From Schmidtea nova (taxonomy: Eukaryota), in the NCBI GenBank assembly GCA_044892505.1, contig CM097883.1, forward strand, positions 160,642,001-160,706,000: a stretch of DNA of 64,000 bases. The letters run 5' to 3'. How positions within the stretch are numbered: the first letter of the stretch is position 1; each line of letters starts with the position of its first letter. Below, one piece after another: positions 12,980-22,500 of this stretch. The notes under the pieces are model-generated. The model was not told the origin of the DNA. It saw only the letters and a program-made list of their open reading frames with translations, and did no database searches. The position numbers and the translations under genes are program-made.

Positions 12980-14062
12980 TGTTCGGTTCGTATCAGTGGT
13001 TTACGACGAACACAGAAAGTATATATATTTATATATATTTGATTTGATTATCGGACTCCAAACGATAATCCGCTTATATAATTATAAATAAAATATATGT
13101 TTTAGGTTGTGTGTAAAGAAAAACAAGAACTAATTATTTTTTAATAAAATGTATTGTGAAATATGTATATCGATGTACAATATAATAAAATAGCTGCAAA
13201 AGCAAAAGTTAGAGAATCGGTTATACAAACCGTCCTAAGATGTTTAAGAACGAAAGCTGGACCTAAAAGGCTCAACAGCTCCGACTAACTGAAAGGACAC
13301 AAGATGAGGGGTTTCCCTGTAGTTTAACCGCGATAGTGACAACCCAGAATTGGTTGTCACTGTGACTTAATAATTTTCCCTTCTGATAATTTATTATGTA
13401 ATGACTTTACTGAAGGGGAAAAATAGTAATACAACTATTTCCCCGTGATCGATTTATAGAATTTTAAAAGAAACAAAACTAGAAGATTTACCAGCTAATA
13501 AAGATTTTTCCGATTTCGGGAAATTATCACAAATGAAATTCAAGCTAAGCTTCTCGTAATACTTCTGCCGTAAAATTAATTTCTCCAATTCACAAATTTG
13601 TCAAACTAAAATTCTAAAATTCACTTCGGTAAAATTTATGTTCTGTAAACACTTATGTTTCTCTCTCTACTTCTGTCAAAATTAATTTCTGTTTCAACTG
13701 ATTTTGCAATCAGTTTATATACAAATTATTTTCTCTCATGTAGGTCTAGACGACCACCTATTACTAACTACGTGTAGGTCGAAATTGACCTTACAAAATA
13801 TTACTTTTAAAGTAATTTATTATTACTATATATATCTTATTATTACTATTTAAATTTCTTATGTATTTATTTATTACTATATTTATTATATATTATTTAA
13901 TTATTACTATATTTAATCTATATTTATTTATAGTAATTATTTATTTACTATTACTATTTATCTATTTATTTATAGTAATTCTTAATTGCTATTTATATTT
14001 ATTTATTTACTTATAATATTTAATTACAAAAACCCGAGATCCCTTGATCTCGAACCCTAACA
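12980..14062 (-). repeat. 3' LTR (1083 bp)
   Basis: Direct repeat of 26876-27958. PPT is adjacent. Confidence 0.97.
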
Positions 14063-14064
14063 TG

Positions 14065-14074
14065 TCTTCCCCCT
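14065..14074 (-). promoter_or_regulatory. Polypurine tract
   Basis: Minus strand AGGGGGAAGA, 2 nt before the 3' LTR. Confidence 0.85.
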
Positions 14075-14357
14075 AACAAGATTTTCGTCCCGAAAATTAA
14101 AGCGGAAAAGACAAGAAGGTTAAGCAGCCAAAAATAAAAAAAATAAAACAACAACACATGCATATATACATAGAATGCACTTGGTCAAAATGAGTCTCAT
14201 AAAACACATAATACATAATTAATGTTGATCACAATCGATATCAAATAATAATTGTCTGTAAGCGTTGGATTGTTGATCACATAGCCGAAGTGCTAATTGT
14301 TTGATTGATAGTTGTCATAGCTTATAGCTAGACCTTGGATTGAACGTAGCAGAAATG

Positions 14358-16394
14358 CTAGTTATCCTTTGCGAATAGGTTTTGAGCTGCTCTCTTGCGA
14401 ATATGCGCTTGCTCGTTCTTGATGCGATCTTCCACTATATCTGGTCTATAGCTGACCACCAATGTTTCGCGTGTTTCGACTTCCTTATATACCAAAGACG
14501 AAATCACGTATGATTTTCCGTTGGCCTCCAATACGCCATAGTAAGGGAAGTTTGAAACTGATGATTGGTGTACCGGTTTCCCGTCGTATTCTTTTATCCG
14601 AGGTACCCAATTTCTCTCTGGTCGCTGCCAAAAACTAGGGTCTTCATTGTCCAAATCCTGGGGTATCTTTGCTGAATTTCCCGTTCCAACGAAATCCCCT
14701 TCTCTTATAATAATAGGTTCGCCCTTAACCTCCGGAATCTGTTCCATATCGGGTGGGATGAATGCTGTTTCGATTAAATCTTTGTCTTCCGTCGAGATGG
14801 GATTTGGTACTTTCTTTTTGATCTTTAGATCTTGTAACCTTACAACAGGTTCTTGACTTTTCTTTGGGGGTGACTTCTCCACTGAAGTCAATTTTTTAAA
14901 AGTCTTAGTAACTTTTTCCAAGAGCTTGTTCTCTTTCTTTGGTGGATTTTCTGGCACGATCTTTGTAATTGTACGGCTGTCTCCGTGTAAAGTTAAACGC
15001 ATCTCTGTTTGCTCCTCACCCTCGCTTTCGCAGGTGGCGTAATCGTCTTCATCAGCTAAGGATATAGCTGGAGGGGATAGTGATTCTTCCTCAACTATCT
15101 TTTGTAATTTGGTTGATAATGGTTGTTCCTGGGGTAAGCTCTCAATAGCTTTCCTTTTACTCGTTTCTTGTGGCTGTATTGTATGAACCATTTTGACTTC
15201 TGATGTAATTGTCCCACTACGATTACCTGGGGTAATGTCATCTACCCAAACTTCTCTCAGTTTAAGGTAAATATTACGTGTCGTTTCCACGTCATTTTCC
15301 GTTTTCAGATCTGAACGGTTTAGTTCTTCTTTTTCGAGAATTGACTTTGATAAATACGCGAGTCGATAATGTCCGTTACATTTCTTTAGTTCTCTCGCTT
15401 CCAGGCATTTTGCTGCTCCTAGTTCTCTAATGCCCAAAACTCGTTGAGGGTGTAACTGGACTGCTTCCAAGAAATCGTTGACTTGGAGACCTATTAGGAT
15501 TTTCCCATCACATAATTTTCTAATACGGTCTGCGCAATCCTCTCCATCAAATTGTCCGATGATTTCTTTTTCGGTCATACCATGCGCGTGCGATTGGTAA
15601 TGTTTGACCTGGTTTCTGGGTGTAACCACCGTGTTTAGTATTAAATCACCACAGTAGTTTGCTATCGAAACAGCCACCAAAGCTGGCTTTAAATAATCTC
15701 GCAAAGTTGCGTAATGCGCTGCAACAAATATTGACAATCTATCTTCTTGATTGGGGTGCAGATTCATCCGAACAAAGGATTTGAATGATTTGAGATCGTT
15801 CTCATTCACATTATAGGTCCAGGCAGGTTCATTTTTCCACAATGATTGCACTGCCTTGCTAGGTTCCAAAATCTCTAATACCACAATAGTATTATATCCG
15901 TCACATTGGATGGAGATATTCTTTTCTCTGCCATCTCCGTTACTAATTTCTAGAGTTGATTCTGGTTGAAGTAGGATGGGTCCTGTGGCTCCTGCCATGA
16001 AGATTGTAAAGGGTTTATTGATCGCGTGAATCAGGAGATGGTGAGTAAATGTTGATCTGTTGAATTCCGCCATGTGTTCAGTCAACCGGGTGTTCTCACG
16101 GCTGGTGATTGTGACTATGCACATTTGTCTCTTAGGCGATCCGAGAAACTTAAAATTGTTCGGGATGCCGGTGCAGTGCCCGTAATACCAATAGCGACGA
16201 CCTTTCCGTGCCTCTGCGGATATCGCTTTTTCGATGTTTCGATAAATCAGTTTTTCCTTCTGTATTGTTTGCACATCGATAGTGCTATAACGCTGCTTGT
16301 ATTGTGACACTTGATGCTTCATATCTGAAAGAAAAATAATTAACGTTAATATCAGATATACTGATATGCCAATATTGGCTAAAAAGGAATGCAT
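14358..16394 (-). CDS. Accessory ORF2 of the LTR element (678 aa): degenerate AlkB-like domain, degenerate REX4/ISG20-like DEDDh exonuclease domain, charged low-complexity region
   Basis: Long open frame between the polyprotein and the 3' LTR. ALVAVSIANYCGDLILNTVVTPRNQVKHY..HG...KILIG...IRE..L aligns by eye to the REX4 fold. The true start may be the ATG after the splice-acceptor-like TTTCTTTCAG at ~16325. Confidence 0.8.
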   Translation of the reverse strand: MHSFLANIGISVYLILTLIIFLSDMKHQVSQYKQRYSTIDVQTIQKEKLIYRNIEKAISAEARKGRRYWYYGHCTGIPNNFKFLGSPKRQMCIVTITSRENTRLTEHMAEFNRSTFTHHLLIHAINKPFTIFMAGATGPILLQPESTLEISNGDGREKNISIQCDGYNTIVVLEILEPSKAVQSLWKNEPAWTYNVNENDLKSFKSFVRMNLHPNQEDRLSIFVAAHYATLRDYLKPALVAVSIANYCGDLILNTVVTPRNQVKHYQSHAHGMTEKEIIGQFDGEDCADRIRKLCDGKILIGLQVNDFLEAVQLHPQRVLGIRELGAAKCLEARELKKCNGHYRLAYLSKSILEKEELNRSDLKTENDVETTRNIYLKLREVWVDDITPGNRSGTITSEVKMVHTIQPQETSKRKAIESLPQEQPLSTKLQKIVEEESLSPPAISLADEDDYATCESEGEEQTEMRLTLHGDSRTITKIVPENPPKKENKLLEKVTKTFKKLTSVEKSPPKKSQEPVVRLQDLKIKKKVPNPISTEDKDLIETAFIPPDMEQIPEVKGEPIIIREGDFVGTGNSAKIPQDLDNEDPSFWQRPERNWVPRIKEYDGKPVHQSSVSNFPYYGVLEANGKSYVISSLVYKEVETRETLVVSYRPDIVEDRIKNEQAHIRKRAAQNLFAKDN

Positions 16395-16508
16395 AAATCT
16401 CGATTTACGGGATCTACTTATGCTGTAAGTTAATGCTACTCGGAGCTCAACAAGATTATAGATTTTAATATATATATAAATACAAATATGTGATTTTATC
16501 TGTAATTG

Positions 16509-19500
16509 TCATAATCTCGTCATCATAATCCCATCAACCGACTCAATAGCCTGGCTGAAGAATAATTTCATCCAAACTCCCATTGCTATCAATGTAGTGA
16601 TCATAGCTAATACTGCTGACGTAATAATCCATACCCCAACGGGTAATTTTCCCAAGTGAGAAATGGGGTTTACTTCATTAATTTCACACTGACAACTTTT
16701 AATATAGCTTTCTGTTGATACTGTTGGTTTTACCATTTTCAATCCTTTCAATCTCTGCCATATTGCAGGATGAATGACGTAACTCTCTTTCCGTATCAAG
16801 GATGTGACTGATTTCGTTGTCGTCGATGATTGTGGTAATTTCAAAGAGATTACTTCATAAAATACCTCATTCCATTCATCGACTCCGGGCTTTTGTTTAT
16901 TATTCATATAAGTGATATGAGCTTCCCACTCCACTGAGCTGTTCCACTTGAGATTTTGTTTCTCAATATCTTCATTTAGCCACAATTCTTGCACTATTTC
17001 CTTGTCGGAATGGATTTCTATCCTTACCCTATCCACTCCTTGTTTTGGTTGGCTAAAGGTAATCATACCTTGTTGGATATTTATTCTAACTTTCCTTTTG
17101 AAATCTGCTGTCTTCAGCTTCCATTGTGACTTTGAAAAATCTGACCATCGTCCAAACATAAAATGTTGAACAAGTATATCTAACAGATATTCCTTTTCTG
17201 CTCGTAAGTCCTTTATGACTTTCACTCTTGTGTTTGAATCCAATGTAAAATGGAAACAACGTCGTTCGCAAAACGAGAACTTGAATTTGGTATCATTTTC
17301 AGCTAATGATATTATCCTAAATTCCTGAAAAGATCTTCTGAATGCGAGATCTTGGATTTGAACCGCTGTTGGAACAAATGTCTTTACACAGGATATGAGG
17401 CAACTTATTATTACCAAAAATGTAACTGATTTTGGCACGCCTCTTGATCGTAATGGATATCTGTCTGAGACTGATTCTGACCCTTTATCCTCCTTTTTCT
17501 TAATCGGATCTTTCTCCGTGACCGCAACTTTCTTGCATCTGTTAGCATGTACCATTATTGGTTCAGCTTTTCTATTTGCTACTAATTGCAAGATTAAATT
17601 CGTGTCTGTGGTTCTCAAAACCTCATATGGTCCTTTGAAGTTTCTCATTAATTTAGGTGATAAGCCCTTTTTATTATAATGGCTTTCCAACATCACCTTG
17701 TCTCCAACTAACATGCCATGTCCTTTGGCTTTCTTATCATGATAATCTTTCGACGCTTCCTGACTGAATTTTATACTAAGACCTGCTTTTGTCCATGCTT
17801 CTTGCATTCTTTCTCTCATTTCCATGAGATAATCCTCTTGGTCTAAATACTGCGTTGCTTTTGGGAAAAACAACAAATCTATAGGCATTTTACTTTGCCT
17901 TAAATACATGAGATAGAACGGCGTTTGTCCCGTACCCTCATGAACAGCATTTCTGTATGCGAATAGGCATGATGGAATATGTATATCCCAATCCGTTTGC
18001 CCTGAATTTACGTATGATGCTAGCATATTTGCGAGCGTTCCGTTAAATCTCTCTACCAATCCGTCTGTTTGTGGATGGTATGGAGAGGTATTCAGTTTTA
18101 AAATGTCGAAATAATCATTTATTCCTTTTAACAGATTACTCATGAAATCTGCTCCTCTATCTGTAAGTAGTTTTGTAGGTACTCCATACCTAAAAACAAT
18201 TTGCTCTACGAAAATCCTGGCTATCGTATCTGCCTTGTGATTCGGTATCGGATAAGCCTCCGGCCATTTCGTCAAGTAATCGCAAAATACCAATATGTAT
18301 TTGTTACCACTATTTGATTCTTTGAATGGCCCTAAAACATCCATTGCCGTCATTTCCATCGGTGTGGATGGTACTGGCATTGGTTTCATTGGCACATGCG
18401 GTTTCTTCCCCGTATTTCTCCTGGTGATACAGATCTTACATGTCTGACACCATTCTTGTACGTCTTGTTTGATTGTCGGCCAGAAATATTTCTGCTTCAA
18501 CCTTGACAATGTTTTCCTGGAAGACAAATGCCCTCCCAGTGCTCCATCATGATATTGTAACATCAAGGCTTCCCGATATTTCTTAGGGACCATTATGACA
18601 TTATCCCTTACGTCTACATATTTGACTAATCCTTCTTCTAGAATAAATTTGTCTCGATTTTTCTCCCAATATTTATTAAATTCCGTCGGTATGAACTTTG
18701 CTTCTAAAGCCTGTCTGATTTGGTTTATCTCTTCATCCGATTGTTGTGCTGCCATTAAATCCGCGAGTCTGTTTGCTTCTCTTGTAAGTGCGAAGATTGT
18801 TCCTTCTAATCTTCCTTCTTTGACGTCTTCTGCTTCATCACCTTGGTCCATTCGAGAAAATGCATCTGCATTCCCATTTTGGTGTCCTTTACGGTAATGT
18901 ATTTCGATATCGTATGGCTGCAAGATCAATGCCCATCTAACCAATTTTGATGTATCCATAGTATGCTTTGTTAACCACTGTAATGGTCTATGATCCGTAT
19001 ACACAATGATCTTTCGACCCCATAAATATGTCCTGAATTGGTGTATAGCATACACAATTGCTAATGCTTCTAATTCGATAACTGCGTAATTCTTTTCATG
19101 TGGTTTTAATCCTCTGCTAGCATACGCTATTGCATATTCGTCTCCTAGGTCATCTCTTTGACCTAACACAGCACCAATACCCCGAGTGCTGGCGTCCGTC
19201 ATGACCAAAAATTGTTTCTCAAAATCTGGAAACCGTAATATAGGAGGTTCCACGAGCATCCTCTTTAGCATATCAAATGCTTCCTGATGTTCTTTTCCCC
19301 ATACAAATTTGACATTTTTGCCCTCTAATTGTGTCAGAGGAAATGCTATTGCCGAAAAGTTCCTGATGAACTTCCTGTAATATCCCACTAAGCCCAAAAA
19401 CCCTTTTATATGTTTGACTGTCTTTGGCTCTGGAAAATTCTTTGCTTTCTCAACATTTGCTGGATCTGGCTTTACTCCATCCTTCGAGATAATGTGACCG

Positions 19501-22500
19501 ACATAGACTACTTCTGATTCGGCCCATTTACATTTTGATGGTTTTACCTTAAGATTTGCATTAATTAACCTTTTGAATACGTCCTCTAAATGTTCTAAAT
19601 GCTTTTCCAAATCTGGAGAAAATACTATGATGTCATCTATGTATACCATTGCATGATGAACATCCATTAACATTAGATTCATTGCTCTTTGAAACGTTGC
19701 TGGCGCTCCTGTGAGACCAAATGGCATTACTGTATATTCGAAGTGTCCCAGGCTTGTAGAAAAAGCCGTAATTGGTATTGTCTCCTCTTTTAACTTGATT
19801 TGGTAAAATCCCTTCTGAGCATCCATCACTGAAAAATATTTTGAATTTCTCATACGACCGTAGATGTAATCCAGTAATGGTAATGGGTGACTATCCTTGC
19901 AAGTTGCTTCGTTTACCATTCGATAGTCGTTGCATAGTCGTACCGTTCCATCCTTTTTAGCCACTACTATCATTGGTGACTGGTATGGTGATTTACTATG
20001 CCTGATGATGTTATGTTTTAACATCAGTTTTACCTGCTTATCGACAGGTTCTTCCAAGCTAAACGGGATTCGATACGGTCTCAGCTTTATTGGTTTAATA
20101 TTGTTAAGAACAATTTCATGTTCCAACAAGTTCGTCTTTCCCAGATCATATTCGTGCTTGGCGAATACTTGATCATATTTTCTTAACAACATGTTTACTT
20201 GAATATTCTCTCTTCGTGAAAGAGCTTTACTATTTGCCGTTGGCGCATCATAGTACTCGATGTCTGGTTCTCTATTCTCTGCCTTCACTGTCAGGACAGA
20301 TCCCCCAATCGGTAATTGATCCGACTTTGATACTCTCCCTACTCTTGTATCTGGGTACAATTTTAATGGTTTTATATCTAAATTGGCTACCCGAATTGGT
20401 ATTCTGCCATTTTCAACATTACCAACGCTATGCGTAATTGGTAGATTATATTTTGCTGAAAACCTTTCATCTGGTTCGAATACAACTTCTCCTTCCAACT
20501 GTTCGCTAGTGGACACGAAACATACTGTTTCTGCTCTAGGTGGTATTATCATCGTATGGTCGATGAAAACTGTATCATCATTATAAACTTTTCTTTTCTT
20601 ACCGATTGATCTAACTAACAATCCGGTAGCACAGTCAAATACGACTCCTTTTAATCTTCTTAAAAGATCCATTCCTAGTAGACATTCCACTGGACAAGTT
20701 CTCATGACTATAATATCATGACGAAATTCTTGGTCACATAGCTTGATGTTACAAGCTAGAGTACCAATAATATTCAATGATGTGCCTGTAGCACCTGTTA
20801 ACGAAACTCTTGAGGTTTCCATTGATTCCAATTCTTTTTGATTTAATAGTGTTGCCTCTATGATAGTGCCGTCTGCTCCTGAATCTATCACTGCATTAAC
20901 TGTGTGTCTGTTTATTTTTATCTTTATCATGGGTTTCTTATCCAAGTTCACCCCATTTGCCATCAAAATAGTAGCATGCGTTATCCCGATGGTATTTGCT
21001 CTGAATTTCTCTGCTTCATCTTGTTCGGTATCGCTCAATTTTGGATTATATTCCTTGAATTTAGCTTTTATTGCTTCTAACGACTCGATAGGATACAGTT
21101 TCCCTTCATTTTCTAACGATAATGATATGCTTTTACCTGTTTCTCGAGCATCTTTGTCGAGAATTTGTTGATGTTTAGAAATGTACATTTTGTTTCTTTG
21201 AATTGTTAAAGCATAATTTAGTTTGCCCTCTCCTGATGTCTTTTGAAACTCTGGCGATTCCCCCTTTGGCGCTGTTGGTAAGCTTCTAAGATATGGTAAT
21301 TGCATATATCTTGGATTTCTTTTCAATCTAGGCGATGCTGTATTGATTGCAAATTTCTGGTCTGCACTATCGTATTCATCTTCTGAAATCATACTTTTGT
21401 CGAAAATCTGTTTTGTCGCTTCGTAAGGTGGTTGATAATCCCGATATTTCATTTTCCTTAATTGATGATTCGGTTTTTTATTGTAGTTTCTTTTTCGACT
21501 TCTACTTTGTCTCTGAACTGTATTAAGAGAGTCTCCAATACCTCCTCCTTCCGAATTGTTATCGTCCCGATAACTTGTATTACCCTCCATTTCGATTCCA
21601 ATAATCTCGTGTTTTACCAAGCTTCTCTGTTTGATTGTCTTTATTTCTTTACGATGATGTTTAAACAATGCAAATTCCGCACACATAGGACACAATCCTA
21701 GTATCAACTTCCAAGACCATCCACCGATTTTGAATATACTGTATGTGGAGATTAATTGTGTTATTATTAACTTTAGAATTACGAATATTGCATATATTCC
21801 TGAGCAGCCTGCCACGAAAATACCAAAATTGGTAAACCTTCCCCATATTTTCATCATCACATTTTTAGCTGCTTCTTTATAATGATCTGGACCGAATAAT
21901 AAATTGTAATCTGGTCTCATTTCGTTTGCTTGGTAAATTGTTCTTATGATTTCAGTGATACCTCTTTCTCTTACTTGAGGGAATAGCAATGTCTGTCTTG
22001 CCTCCTCAATGTCTGCTGAAGTGTAAATTCCTCCTTGTGATAATTCATCGAGTGATTTAAATTCCATGTTTTCCTCGAGTTTCGTGACTTCCAATGTTTC
22101 CACCTTTCTATTAGATGGTTTTCTGTCAGGTAATGAGATCCATCTATCATTTACCTTGTATAACGGTGATATTGCTGGATTGCAAATTGAAGGTTGAGGC
22201 TTTTGTTTTTCATCCAAAAGTCTCCTCGTAACTGGCATTACAAATCGTATTTTGTTTTGATATGACACTGGTAATTCTAGAGTACATTCGTTATACCGTG
22301 TTAATTGTACCTCTATGGGTTGACATTGATAGCTGTATATAGCTTCCCCCATAATTCTGCCAAACATTCCATCTTCTAGCAACATAGGTGTCACTAGATC
22401 CGGATTCACGATTGATATCGCTAACCGATTTCGAACTATTTCGCGATTTAGTTTGCAATCATTGAGTATTACTTCCTGATACATTTCCTGCATTTGTCCT

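Noticed and set aside
13207-13290. Hammerhead-like three-way junction on the + strand of the LTR (stem-GAAA-stem-UC)
   Set aside because: The CUGANGA core is absent and G-U pairing favours the opposite strand. Kept only as a generic conserved structure.
20335-20575. dUTPase-like segment after the protease
   Set aside because: Catalytic motifs are absent and such linkers are common in Gypsy elements, so it is not novel.
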